A DNA stretch of 64,000 nt from Octopus sinensis (Eukaryota), in the NCBI RefSeq assembly GCF_006345805.1, contig NC_042998.1, positions 26,164,001-26,228,000 on the forward strand, written 5' to 3'. Below, one piece after another: positions 26,671 through 40,599 of this stretch; position 1 is the stretch's first letter, and the number at the start of each line of letters is the position of its first letter. The notes beneath the pieces are model-generated. The model was given only the letters and a program-made list of their open reading frames with translations. It made no database searches and was not told the DNA's origin. The translations under genes and the position numbers were made by a program.

Positions 26671-27609
26671 CACTTTGGACAGGAGAAACAGTCCAAGAGG
26701 ATTGCAGCACTGTGATTTATCAAAGTGGGGTTTGATTAAGACACAATAGGAATTACAAGAGGAGCCTATATATAGTAGCTTGAGCTGCTAGAAAAAGCAG
26801 CCAAATCCCACTCAGATCATGCCATATCATCTTCAAAAAAATAAAGAACATATCAAGTATGAGGGAATGCTGAAAAGTTCCTGGTTTTAAGAGTATCGCA
26901 ATGGGCCTGGCTAGAGGCCCAACATTCTGAGTTCTTTTACAGGGTTTAGAAAAACTGAAGAACAACTGCAATAAATGTGTGAATCTGAGAGGGGAATATG
27001 CAGCGGCAGACCGGCCAGGTTGCCAGCTTGCCTGATAGCAAGTGAGCCCCTGCGCCATTAGAATCCATATATGTTAGTATCTAAGGGGAACATCCCCTCA
27101 AGTTTGATCATCTTTTTATTCACTCTTGGAAGAAGGCATTAATTATTTCAGCCTGGCTGTGTTTGTAGACAGTTGAAAAGAATACTTTTAACAAAAAAAA
27201 AAAATTACATGATATCATTTTAGTTGCAGGTGGACCCCCTTTGTAGTCTCCTGGCAATCAATATTTTTAGACCCAGTCCACCACTGGGAATATGTTAAAT
27301 AAAATCATAATTAACTGATCTTCCTGTATTTTTTTTTTACCCAAACTTTTCAACACCTCCCCATAATGCAGTCTTTCTTATATTGTGTGGAAAAATATTG
27401 AAGGCATTGTTCCCTCCTGCATATTTTGCAGTTCAAAGTAAAGCTCTTAACTGTGACTCCTCCAGAACATATACATCTTCCCTGAAGTGGTTCTCAGTGT
27501 GAGAGTAAATTACAAGTTTAGAATTACCAGAAAGATCAGCAAAAAAAACACTAAGCAAAATATAAATAGATAAAAAAAAAGGTGAGAAATGAGCAACAAA
27601 AAAGTATTT

Positions 27610-27780
27610 AAAAAAAAAAGAAAGAAAATGGAAAGAAAGAAAGAAAGAAAGAAGCAAGAAAGAAAGAAAATAATTGGAAAGAAGGGAGGAAAGAAAGAAA
27701 GAAAAAAGAAAAAAGAAAAAGAAAGAAAGAAGGAAGGAAAGAAAGAAAGAAAGAAGGAAGGAGAGAAAAAAAGAAAGAAA

Positions 27781-27812
<32 letters not shown>

Positions 27813-28020
27813 AGAACGAAAGAAAGAAAGAAAGAACGAAAGAAAGAAAGAAAGAAAGAAGCAAGAAAGAAAGAAAAAGAAAGAAAATGATTGGAAAGAA
27901 GGGAGGAAAGAAAGAAAGAAAAAGAAAGAAAGAAAGAAAGAAAGAAGGAAAGAAAGAAAGAAAGGAAGAAAGAAAGAAAGAAAGAAAGGAAAGGAAAGAA
28001 GGAAAGAAGGAAAGGAAGAA
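27610..28020. repeat. (GAAA)n tract
   Basis: Direct observation. Confidence 0.95.
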
Positions 28021-28611
28021 AGACAGCCGTCAATATACTGACACAGAAGACATGTAAAGCTAGATGTAAATTTGGCAGAAGAATACAATCTAGAAAGTCA
28101 GGGGCATCTAGTGTAATAAAGAACAAAAAAAAAAAAACAACACTTCTTGCTACCAATTCTATGGTTGGCAAATAAATGACCTGGCCTGACTGCTTATAAA
28201 ACAATGCTTTGTATGTGGAGAGAAAAGAGGGGAAAGGGGAGCAAAGAGATTAACACAAATGGATATTGGATATCAATAGAGAAATTATGAATAATAAGTA
28301 GTGCACTCTCTCTTTCACTCTCTCTCTCTTTCTCTTCCTCTCTCTCTCTCTCTCTCTCCCACACACAAAACGTTCTGTGTGCTAAGAGTAAGTGCTGAAG
28401 AAATTATTCTAGTATATTCAACAAATTCTGAAATTGGTAGAAATTACCAGAAATTCAATATATTTTCAATACATCTTCAATTTAGAATCATTAATTTTAT
28501 TTTTTTTAATATTATGATTAGCATTTTATTTGAATGAAGCTTTTCTGTAATGGTTGAAAATAGACACACATACACACACACATACACACATATGGTATCA
28601 ACAAAATACGA

Positions 28612-29027
28612 AGGCGGCGAACTGGCAGAAGCATTCGCACGTCAGGCGAAATGCTTAGCAGTATTTCGTCTGCCGCTATGTTCTGAGTTCAAATTCCGCA
28701 GAGGTCGACTTTGCCTTTCATCCTTTTGGAGTCGATAAATTAAGTACCAGTTACGCACTGGGGTCGATGTAATCGACTCAATACCTTTGTCCTTGTTTGT
28801 CCCCTCTATGTTTAGTCCCTTGTGGTTAATAAAGAAATAGGTATTTCGTCTGCCACTACATTCTGAGTTCAAATTCTGCTGAGGTCGACTTTGCCTTTCA
28901 TCCTTTTGGGGTCGATTAAATAAGTACCAGTCATGCACTGGGGTCGATATAATCGACTTAATCCGTTTGTCTGTCCTTGTTTGTCCCCTCTGTGTTTAGC
29001 CCCTTGTGGGTAGTAAAGAAATAGGTA
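28612..29027 (+). mobile_element. SINE family B, two-subunit full copy
   Basis: Head followed by a duplicated body unit. Confidence 0.85.
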
Positions 29028-29578
29028 TCAACAAAACACTTAACATGCCTGTTGTTTTATCTTTTAGCATTACTCTGTTAAATAATAATGCTTGTTTATT
29101 CAAATTTTAAAAAATTAATCATGCATCATAGCTTTGAGATTTCAATGACTTGAATGTTTATTTTTAAAATGACATGGTTGAGTAAGTGTGAGAGGCTAAA
29201 TCTGGCCAGTTTGAGCATAAAGCAGGTAAAATATTTGGGCTGGATATGCTTATAGGTTACAAGTAATGACGAAGATAAACATGAGCTTATCAGGAATCAA
29301 GACTATTGAAAAGGTTGCAAGACACAACGAAAATTTTAGGAAAATAAAAATAAGAAATAAGTGGAAATTTTACTGGTGAGTGTGTTACATTATAAGGCAC
29401 AAAAAGAAAATTACTCTTCCCAGACACAACAGAATATGCTTCAACATACGAATTCATATATATAGAATCTTGCAAACCAAATCCAAGAACGAAATTAAAA
29501 TAAAAAGAAAATGGAGAAATATTGATCAACAACAATTGGCTTATATAAATTATTATGTTTTTAATTCAATACAAATAG

Positions 29579-29708
29579 ATTGTATCCCATCTAACAGCTG
29601 TTTCTGCTTCCAGTGTTATATGGTTAAATGTCTGAAGTTGCAGTTTTTTAATCAGGAAAAATCGTTTAAAGATGTATAGTGTTGAAAAACAATATATTTC
29701 AGAGCTAG
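29579..29708 (+). pseudogene. Weak candidate exon (one TGA)
   Basis: aaatag|IVSHLTAVSASSVIWLNV*SCSFLIRKNRLKMYSVEKQYISEL|gtaaaa, phase 0 to 1. Confidence 0.27.
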
Positions 29709-30160
29709 GTAAAATGAAATTGCCACAGAAGTGATCACAAAAGGAAAAGATATTGTACTTCATTGTAGAAGCAGTTTATAATTTTAATTTAAATCATAAT
29801 TCAAATGTTTTTCATGGAAATAACGGTTGGGGTGTCCAAGTGAATAAAAAGTCAGCACACTGCAACAACATGTGCAGAAGCCAGGAATGTATAACGATGT
29901 ATGTACACATGCATGTGTACCACCACATGTCTTCACATTGAACCTACATGAACAACAGGGATATTTATTAATGTGACTCTAAACAATATGTTCCAAAGGT
30001 TGATGGATTCATCAGTTTTGATGTGTGAATAAAAAATACTTTATTGAAGAAACAAGTCAGGGTTGGCTGCAGAAAGAGCATCCAGCTGTAGAATAATGCC
30101 TGAGTAAGTCTTCCATGCCAGTATGGAAAAAGTAGACATAAAAATTATGACAATGATGTA

Positions 30161-30235
<75 letters not shown>

Positions 30236-31769
30236 CATATATATAGATATAGATATAGATATATTTATATATATATGTATGCATGTATGTATGTATGTAA
30301 ATATATATATATATAAACATATATGATAAAAATCAGAATAAAACCTGAAAATGAAATTATTAAAAATTGTCTGCCTCTTATGGCACAAGAAAGAAATTTG
30401 ATCTGGTTACCAGATTGGAAGTTAAAAGTATGTGTGTATAAATATATTTTAATCCTTGCGTAAAGTTTTGAATAAATTTTCTGATAACTATTTCAGAATT
30501 AGATTTTCCAGACATTAATGGAAATCATCTAATAAATATGCTGATGCAAAGGTGCCAAGTGAAATAGTGAACTCTTTGATCTCTAAATAGAATATTGATA
30601 TTGTTTATAGATATACATTGGCTTTTCATTTCCAAACAATATTCTTTTTTACTCTAGTCATATCTATTTTGTTATTGCCTTTGCTAATTTTTTTCTTTCT
30701 CAACATATGAATTTTGCTAGCTAATTTATCAATTTACATGTATTTCCATTCACGTTTCAAAATGTTTTCCTTTGTACAAGTGTTTTATATCCAATTTTTC
30801 CATTCCATACTCTCATATTTCATTTCAAATACCATAATTTTAATTCCTTTCGGTTTGATAGCACTTATATTTATTCTTCATCTTATTTTGATCACTGAGA
30901 TTTTGTTCAGACTTCGCACTCTACATTTTCTGGAAATATTGTTTCAGAAAACAGCGAGGCAATATTTTATGAAACAGACAAAAAATAAATAAATAAAAAT
31001 TTGGTGTTGAATAAATTTAGGAGCATTTTGTTTTTTTTCCCCCCAAGAAGCTTTTATTTCAAAGAGTCATGTGCGAAAGAGTTATGGCCATATTCCAAAC
31101 TTGTGATTTAATTTAGTTGATAATAAAAGAGTACACGTAAAATTTGTTAGACATTTTTAAATTCCAATTTTTGAGGAAGACTGCATTTATTATTTATAAA
31201 GAATTTTAAAATTCTAGAATTCTGTTTTAAAACATCAATTAAATTATCAATGAACTCTGTCAGTACAAAATAAAATGATGAATTTTTAACTAGGTTGAAA
31301 ACGCTATACTCCAGAAGTATATGATGGAGAGTTCAATTCTCAACAGAGTAATTATTTTAATTTATTTTCTTTTTATAGTTTGAGCTATTTCACAGAATTT
31401 TTCTAACTTCTTTAAGAAAAGCCTAAACAGTATTTTGTACTCTAACTGGACCCCATATTCACTATAAAAATCATAATTTAAATAAGCACAAAGCACAACC
31501 TAAAATCATGTTTTGCTTATGATTGTTACTGATGAAAACAGAAAAATTATTTCCAGAAAGAATTATCAAATATCTATTTGAATATTTACCATCATTTTAT
31601 GTAATTTTTTTTTTTTTTTGCTTTTTGATGCCTTCATCTGATACAGTCCTTCATTATCTAGCATATAGGTATATATAGCAACAGTGTACTTACTTTTGCT
31701 GGGCTCATATCTCATTTGTGGACCCATGAAAAACGAACCTCCACCAACTACTCTGCCTATATACCTGTG

Positions 31770-31945
31770 CAAACCTATCAATACCGTGTATGCCATAAGG
31801 TCTGCAAATCTAATGGAGGCCTCAAAAGACATCTTAAGATTCACAAAGATCAGAACTTAACTGCAGCTCATGGTTGTCCAAAGCAGATATGCAATCTATG
31901 TGGGTGTCTTTTCAATACATTATCTGGTTTAAAGATGCCATAGTG
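31770..31945 (+). other. Degenerate tandem C2H2 zinc-finger coding relic
   Basis: YRVCHKVCKSNGGLKRHLKIH..ICNLCGCLFNTLSGLK; no TGEKP linker; probably a LINE C-terminus. Confidence 0.45.
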
Positions 31946-32094
31946 GATCTAAGGTGTAAGTACAAGAGGTGCTCAGACTCTGCATAAAGAATAGACAACC
32001 ACCATTTGGTTGTGCAACTCGATATGTATCGACATATCACTGATGCTAGACAGGTTATCTGTGCCATGACTAAAAAGATTACTCTGCTTTATCT

Positions 32095-32575
32095 TTGATT
32101 TTTTAATTGTTCCAGTCATTAGACTGTGGCCATGCTGGGGCACCACCTTCAAGAATTTTTAATCAAATGAATTGACAAAACCCTTCATGTAGGTGCCCCA
32201 GCTTGGCTGCAGTCCAGAGACTGAAACAAATAAAAGATAAAGATATATATTTTTTTATCTTATATCTTTTACTCGGTTCAGTCATTAGACTGTGGCCATG
32301 CTGGAGCACCATGTCCAAGAATGTTTCGTTGAGTGAATCAACCCCAGTACTTTTATTCTTTAAAGCCTGGTACTTATTCTATTGGTATTTTTTTGCCAAA
32401 CCACTAAGTTACAAGGACATAAACACACCAACACCAGTTGGGAAGTAATGGACGGGGACGGGGACAAAAACAAACATACACATATATACAAGAGTTGTCT
32501 TACAGCTTCTGTCAACCAAATCCACTCAAAAGGCTTTGGTTGGCCTGAGGCTATAGAAGACTCTTGCTCAAGATG
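32095..32575 (-). mobile_element. SINE family A fragments
   Basis: Two tails and one body. Confidence 0.7.
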
Positions 32576-32973
32576 CTATTTTATTTTGTTTCATTTTAAA
32601 GCCATAATTATTTTAATTGATCATTAAATATTTAACAGTTTGTATACCAGACTCGTTAGTATCTGAAACAATTGTTCATATAAACTAATTTATTCAATGC
32701 AGTTCCTTTCATCACTTAAATACTACTTCTTTTTGACAAGGCTTTAAACTAGTTTACAAAAATTTTCAGTTAGGAAAACAGTCAATTCTACTGTTGGTAG
32801 GATAAAAATATTATTTTCCACTTAAATATTTATTGAAGTGCAACATTTGTGAAATTTTATTTAAATAAAAGTCATGAAAATAGCTTACTGAAACTTATCA
32901 TTTACCACTTTGTTTATGTATAATGAAAATTCTTGCTAAGATATTTCATTGAAATGTTACATTATTATTGCAG

Positions 32974-33182
32974 ATAAAATTATCATAGAATATTTACCCA
33001 ATTAAATTACACATCATATAACATCTATGTTTCTGAAAATGAAAATAGCAGCAAAGTTAATAAGTTTCTAATTTCTTTCAAATACTCTTTATTTTGAAAT
33101 TGAATATATTTTATATTAAAGGTGTCATTTTAACAGGACAAACAATTTCTATTTGAATTGTTTACCATTAGCAAAGTGACAG
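32974..33182 (+). pseudogene. Weak candidate exon pair 32974-33055 and 33137-33182
   Basis: ttattgcag|..LNYTSYNIYVSENENSSK (needs +1 nt in an A run)|gttaat; ttttaacag|DKQFLFELFTISKVT|gtatca is open, phase 0 to 1. Confidence 0.25.
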
Positions 33183-34091
33183 GTATCAAACTAGTATTGA
33201 GAATTCTTCATCTCAGATATTCAAACAATAACTTTAGTTTATCTAAATTTATTCATTATATATTTCATATGCTCTCTCTCCCCCCTCTCTCTCTTTCTCT
33301 CTCTCTCTTTCTCTCTCTCTCTCACTCTCTCTCCTGCTACTAAATACTGAAATTGTCGATAATCAGAATATTCTTGTGCAAATGTGTGGGTATGTGTGTG
33401 TGAGCATGTGTGTTTACATGTGAGTGTGTGTGTATGTAAGTGTGTGTGTGTGTGTGTGTGTGCATGTGTGTGTGTGTGTGCATGCATTACTTCAGATTCT
33501 AAGGAAATGGTTAGGTCATTAAAAAAAAAGAACTGATATCAGAGTATGAAATAATTATGAAAATAACTGAGTCAGCAACCAGCTAAATTATTTTTTTCCT
33601 TTGTTCAAGAAACCCTGACAATTTTTTTGCGTGTGTTTTTGCTCTCTTTGAAAGATATTTTTTGTAAACACAAAAATTATTTGAAATCTCTTTGACTTCT
33701 GTTACAAATTACAAAATGCTGGTATGCTTCAGAAATGTAAACATTCAAAAGAATCAAGAGGAAAGAAGATTAAATCTGATAATATAAGTATATACACTAC
33801 ATAAAACCTGCCCTATCAAATACAGATTTTACATATTTTCAACCTATAAGCAAGGTTGTATGGTTAAGAAATTTTCTATGTAACTGCTTTGACCCCAGGT
33901 TCCACCTCACTGTTTGGCCCCTTATGAACTTGACAATAATATTCACTACCCTTTTTGTCCTGTAGCATGAGTGACAGACAGAAATTAGGGAACTTAAACC
34001 TACCTTTTTTCCAATAATTTCATAATAGCTTTGGATTGGGCAATGCTTTATTCATAGTGTATGGTATATGTAAATATGCATTTATTAATTA

Positions 34092-34613
34092 CTGTAAATC
34101 CTCACGTATAGTCCGCTCTTGAGTATAATATGCAGGGGATTTTTAGGGGGCTGTACTTCAGAAAAATCTAAACCTTGTGTATAATACGCACCCCTTCTCT
34201 AACTTGAGTCGTGCGTAATTAAGCCAGCAGCATCTAGTCGAACAAACACTTCTGCACATGTATTATACAATAATGGTGATGTTCTTAACTATTATATGGG
34301 AATGTAAATATGTTTGCAAATTGTTTTTGTTACATGTTATTCTGTGTTCTCAATACTTTTATTTTAATAAATGTTGCTTATTGTAAGTTATGGATGATTC
34401 TTTTATGACTTCATTGCTTTCAGGCTTAGCTTAAGGAATTTTCGTGCCCGACATCACAAAATGCATCTGAATAAACATTGCCGGACAGCAAACAGAGACT
34501 CGGACATTGCTTAGAAAATATTTTTCCTTTTTAACCTCATATATAGTACGCACTAGGGATTTTGACCTTTAAATTTTGGGAAAAAAATGCGGATTATACT
34601 TGAGGATTTATGG
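34092..34613. mobile_element. pogo/Tigger-type MITE with TA target site
   Basis: TA-ctgtaaatcctcacgtatagtccgc ... gcggattatacttgaggatttatgg-TA. Confidence 0.75.
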
Positions 34614-35193
34614 TATTAGTGACAAGATCGGTATTAATACCAAAAAGTAATCATTATATCCAACTTAATATAGATGTCTTGTTAGAACAATGAAAACTGC
34701 CTTATTAGTCTAGAGAAATCCTCTCAAGGCTGATAATGCTGATAAGCCAGTGCTTAGCTCATACTTATTTTATCAACCCAGTAGAATGAAATCACATGAT
34801 ATAGGAATTCTGGTGCCCATGACAAATGGTTCTTGTCTGCTACATTCTATGTATGCACTTTTATGCACCAAGCACCTAAAAGAGATGATCTCTCAATACT
34901 AATCACAAATTAGTATTCAGTGCCCTAACAAAACATCCATATTAAGTCGGACATAAAGATTATCTTTTATATATATGAACAATAAGGGTCAGGAGGAATG
35001 AGAAGTGAATATATATTTATTTAAGCACGTGACATCCTTAGGATTATGACCATTTTGCAACCTATTTCATTTAGTATTAATTTCAGTGTGGAAGCAATCA
35101 TGCATATGTATGAGCATTAATATGCATGCTCAGCATTGTACAATGCAATACAAAACATATTTCTCTGAATTCACCTGAGACTATTCATCAATA

Positions 35194-36247
35194 TGTGAAA
35201 GGCAGACTGTATGATGCATGTGTACGAACAGCCATGCTACATGGCAGTGAAACATGGGCCGTGACTGCTGAGGATATGCGTAAGCTCGCTAGAAATGAAG
35301 CCAGTATGCTCCGATGGATGTGTAATGCCGGTACTCACACTCGGCAGAGTGTAAGTACCTTGAGAGAAAAGCTGGACCTAAGAAGCATCAGTTGTGGTGT
35401 GCAAGAGAGACGTTTGCGCTGGTATGGTCATGTGGCGAGAATGGATGAAGATAGTTGTGTGAAAAAGTGCCACACCCTAGCGGTTGAGGGAACCTGTGGA
35501 AGAGGCAGACCCAGGAAAACCTGGGACGAGGTGGTGAAGCACGACCTTCGAACTTTAGGTCTCACTGAGGAAATGACTAGAGACCGAGACCTCTGGAAGT
35601 GTGCTGTGCGCGAGAAGACCCGGCAGGACAAGTGAGTCCATAACCCGTGGCCTTCTACATGGGATGGAGCCAGCCTACGTATGCATACCTTCCCTTCTTG
35701 GGACACAAAACTCTACTTGTGAAGACGTGTTGAGGCAAGTGAGGATCAGAATCGAAATCGATCAATGGAAATTGCGGATGTGCTACCAGTGCCGGTGGCA
35801 TATCGAAACTCTGCTTGTGAAGACCCCTTGAGGCAAGTGAGGATCAGAATCGAAATCGATCAATGGAAATCGATCAATGGAAATTGCAGATGTGTTACCA
35901 GTGCCGGTGGCATGTAAGAGAACTTTCCGTTTCGCGACCGTTGCCAGCACCGCCCCGTTTCGTGTCCGTTGCCAGCCTCGCCTGGCCCTCGTGCCGTGGC
36001 ACATAAAAAGCACCATCCGTTCGTGGCCGTTTGCCAGCTCTGTCTGGCACCAGTGCGGGTGGCACGTAAAAAGCACCCACTACACTCACGAAGTGGTTGG
36101 CGTTAGGAAGGGCATCCAGCCGTAGAAACACTGCCAGATTTGACTGGGCCTGATGAAGCCTTCTGGCTTCACAGACCCCAGTAGAACCGTCCAACCCATG
36201 CTAGCATGGAAAACGGACGCTAAACGATGATGATGATGATGATGATG

Positions 36248-36248
<1 letters not shown>
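35194..36248 (+). mobile_element. 5'-truncated RTE LINE: ORF2 C-terminus (to 35635) and full 3' UTR
   Basis: KGRLYDACVRTAMLHGSETW..RRLRWYGHVARM..RGRPRKTWDEVVKHDL open to the stop; (gat)n tail; apparently young. Confidence 0.92.
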
Positions 36249-36292
<44 letters not shown>

Positions 36293-36308
36293 GTATATAT
36301 ATATATAT

Positions 36309-36360
<52 letters not shown>

Positions 36361-36589
36361 TATATATATATGTATATGACATGTTCGTTTGAAGAGGTAA
36401 ATTAAAAGTGCTCACATACACGCTAGGAGAAGAACTTCTGCCAGAAAAGGTTTAGTAACATCCCAATAAAAGATTTTTAACTTTAAAAAAAATTTTTTTT
36501 TTAAATCCTCTTTATACTTAAAAACTGGATTAAGTAATCTTCACAAAGACTATCAAATATATGTGTGTGTGTGTCTGTGTGCGTGCATA

Positions 36590-37500
36590 AAAGGAGGCAA
36601 AAATTATTTTTTGTCGTATATATATGAATATACATATATACAAATATATCAAACTAAAGTCATTGAACAAGCAAATACAAAGTCAACCGCATGTCATTTC
36701 ATAATTCGAACATTTAATTATAGAATAAACATATAACCCGCAAGATGGAACAAAATTCATATGTACAGCACGTAATAATAATAATAATATATGGTATGGT
36801 GTGAGAAAAATTCTTATCATTAAAAATTTAGAATTAATATTTATACGCACGCATGCACACACACACACACACATATTTATATTGATAGAAATGGCAAGAC
36901 AAAAAAAGAATGAAAGAGACCTCGATATTATGTAAATAGAGGAATTTATCTCTAAATATAATATGTGACAATTATTCAGTAGCCATTCCGAGTTTTGGAT
37001 GTTGGGACAGAAACCCACGCCGGCATCTCTTCAGTTACTGGGCCATCAGAAAAAATGCTATGAAAATCTTATATTTACAGATAAATTCCAATACATACAC
37101 ACACATATATATATATATATATATTAATAATATAAGGGAAAATAATTATTAATTTCAAAATCAACAATTATTTCCGGGTAGATTTCGGTATGGAAATATA
37201 ACCATTATCGGTAGAAACCTTTTTAAAAAGTTATCACCTTCGAAACATAGAGTAGATGAAACCATGGCGACTGAAGAAGGGGTTCTTTTTTTTTCCTTGT
37301 GTTATTTGTCTGTACTCTATTTTTTTGTTGTTTAAGAAAAATGTCCAGTTCCTTGGGTTTGTGTCTATGTTTTCGTTTCTCATTGTGTTCGACGTTTTTT
37401 TGGTGTCCTGTACTCATATATGCGTGTATATATACATGTAGAGGTAGGTACGTACATATATGTATATATATATGCATATGTTTTATTTATTAATATATTA
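36590..37500. mobile_element. Probable Penelope-like terminal-repeat remnants among microsatellites
   Basis: CpG-containing fragments with ctgaagaagggg / ccttcgaaac motifs; tentative. Confidence 0.35.
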
Positions 37501-38199
37501 TATGACAGAACGCATGCATCCCTTTCTAAGTAAGATTGTTCTTGATATATATATATATATATACATACAGTAATCCCTCACTATCTGTATATAGTTGGCA
37601 ATATAGCTTGCAGTAAGCCTTGTTTGGTATGTGACACTGATAAGTCAAAACAATGATGAAACACTGACATCTGTCATTCCGAGAAGAGACCTGATGTAAG
37701 TTGTCTCACATAACTATAACTTACACCAGGTGCATAGAGAATATATTCTCTTATGCTTAAAAGCTGCAGCTGACCCACTAACTAACAATAATACACCTAT
37801 CTGTGCTTGTGTGTTTGATTTTGTTTACATATATATATATATAGGCACAGGCATGGCTGTGTGGTAAGAAGCTTGCTTCCAAACCACATGGTTCCAGGTT
37901 CAGTCCCACTGCATGGCACATGGTTCTGGGTTCAGTGCCACTGTGTGGCACCCTGGGGCAAGTATCTTCTACTGTAGCCTCAGGCCAACAAAAGCCTTGT
38001 GAGTGGATTTGGTAGATATAAATATCCTTTGAATTTTTGCAACCATATTTCCCTGCCCTAAAACCAACTATGGCTTCCCAGCAGGCTTCCTGCCAGTTCC
38101 TAGAATCAAAAGGACAGTGCTTTCAAATGCTCTGTATAGTATTTGGTCCATCCAAATTTCAAAGACACTCCTTTGTACCTCTTGCCATCAAAAATACGA

Positions 38200-38835
38200 C
38201 TGGTTCCGCATCAGTTACAACGACACGTATTGCAATTGATCTGATCAATGGAAGAGCCTGCTCCTTAAATTAATGTGCATGTGAATGAGCACTACTCAGA
38301 CACACGAACCCTTATTATAGTTCTCAGTTGGCTTCAGAATGACACAGAATGTGACAAAGCTGAGCCTTTGAAATACAGGTAGAACTCATTTTTGCCAACT
38401 GAATGAACTGGAATAGCATGAAATAAAGTGTCTTGCTTAAGTATACAATGCCCCACCAGGAATCGAACTCATGACCTAAGAATCATGGGCTGAATACCTT
38501 AACCACTAAGCCATGTTTCTTCACTAAAAATCTGGCGCTCCATTGGTTATGAAGGTAAGAGATCCAGCTGATCAAATAAAGGAAACAATCTGCTTTTGGA
38601 ATTAAGGTGCAAGTGGCTGAGTACTCCTGAAGTTCTCAGGAAGATTTAGAGTGACACAGAATGGGGCGAGGCTGGCTCTTTTGAATAACAGGTATAATTT
38701 ATTTTTGCCAACTGAGTGGAGTGAAGCTAAGAGAAATAAGAGCCTTACTCAAAGATACAGTGGGGGATACCAGGAATTGATCCTGCAACCTTACAATGAT
38801 GAGCTGAATATCCTAACCACTAAACCACATCCCTT
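38200..38835 (-). mobile_element. Two decayed SINE family C copies (about 38200-38525, 38530-38835)
   Basis: Reverse complement matches 4158-4481. Confidence 0.7.
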
Positions 38836-39544
38836 CACATCAGGAATGTATTGAGTAAGTGAATATTTCGTTCAAAATCTATAATTAGCAACACCAAATA
38901 CAATATAAATTGATAAAAAAATAAGTCACAGATATTACATGAATTCAATATTGCCAGTACATCATTATCATATTATCAGAAATTTGTGAGAAAATATTAG
39001 AAATTATCAGAAAATAATTATCAGAAATTATTAGAAAATAGAGAATATGTTGTTAATATCTGTCAATCTTTTTAATTCTAACTTTCAGAATTTCTTTCAC
39101 ATATATTGTAAGCTATTTCAAGTTGTTTATCATCGCAACTAGTTGAGCACTGGGGTCGATGCAGTTGACATAACTACGCCTGGGTAAGCGTATAAGAGAT
39201 TGCACCCTCCTGCCAAGCCATGTCAAGACAGGGTAGCAAATTAGGCTCATTAAACTAGTATGATCTCATGGTGAAGAGAACATGCTGAGCCCTTCATCAT
39301 GCAGTTGACTGGACATAGAACATAGGAAATCCAATGCTATTTATTGTTATCAATTTATCTGTTAATTATGACCAAAGTTGCCTTAGCAGTGTTACAAGGC
39401 CCCTTGGTGAACAATGCATCAGAGCCCCTACATAGACAACCATAACATACTAGATTAGCAGTGAGCCCCTAAATCCATGGAATTCAAAGCAACTGCTTGG
39501 TCTGCCCAAGCTGTAACATAACATTGATTAAGACCCTTATAGAT

Positions 39545-39735
39545 TGGCGCCTGTGCCAGCGGCACATAAAAATTACCCACTACACTCTTGGAGTGGTTGG
39601 CATTAGGAAGGGTATCCAGCTGTAGAAACTCTGCCAGATCAAGATGGGAGCCTGGTGCAGCCATCTGGTTCGCCAGCCCTCAGTCAAAATCGTCCAACCC
39701 ATGCCAGCATGGAAAGCAGATGTTAAGCAATGATG
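39545..39735 (+). mobile_element. RTE 3' UTR fragment
   Basis: Conserved tail motifs. Confidence 0.8.
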
Positions 39736-39825
39736 ATAATGTGTGTCTTTATGAATACACACATACATATACCTATGTATGTGTATATATATATATAAAT
39801 ATAGATACACATATATATATTTACG

Positions 39826-39887
<62 letters not shown>

Positions 39888-40599
39888 CATACACATGCAT
39901 TACACAATTACAGAAAGAGAGAGAGGGGAGAGAAGGGGAGAAAGAGCAACAGATAATTTATAATTTCTGCTTAACTGTACAAATGTCTTTAGTTATTCAT
40001 GTAAACCAAGATACACACACACATATATATATGTATAACAGGTACAAATACTGATGTTGGTTGTATTTGAAGAGAGAATGTATGTAAGATGAGGGAGTAT
40101 GTGATAAATTTGCCATAGATTAGGATATAAAGAAGTATAATATTATTGTATAATTGATGACCAAATAATTCTCCTAGATTTTAACACCAGAGTAATAATA
40201 GATATTGACATTTCGAAATGTCATTGCAAAGGCAACAAGAATAGCTATAGTTATATTCTGCAGTGAAAGAAGCCAAAACATAATTCATTTAAGACTACTG
40301 TGATGCATTCTCATGCCAATCATTGACCTCCTTATACGTATGAGTATTAGTGGAGTAAAACGAGAAGGGAAGAAAATATTTTCCTTGATTTTTATTTCCC
40401 TTAAAGTACCGAATTTTTGAATTAAATTCCCATTAGAATCAAAGAAAATTTGAATATGAAAATAAGAGAGAAGGACAGGATACTCAAGGAAACTCTGGCA
40501 AAGAAGCATTTTGAATGTGAATGACATATTTATGTGTTCCAAATGTAGCATATTGACGTTAAGCTTTGAGTAAGCTCCATTAAATATATATGGCATGCG

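Noticed and set aside
30500-30990. ORF 30714-30992 and minus-strand frames with TGA near apparent Trp positions
   Set aside because: Multiple stops of all types, no motif, and no convincing splice-phase fit.
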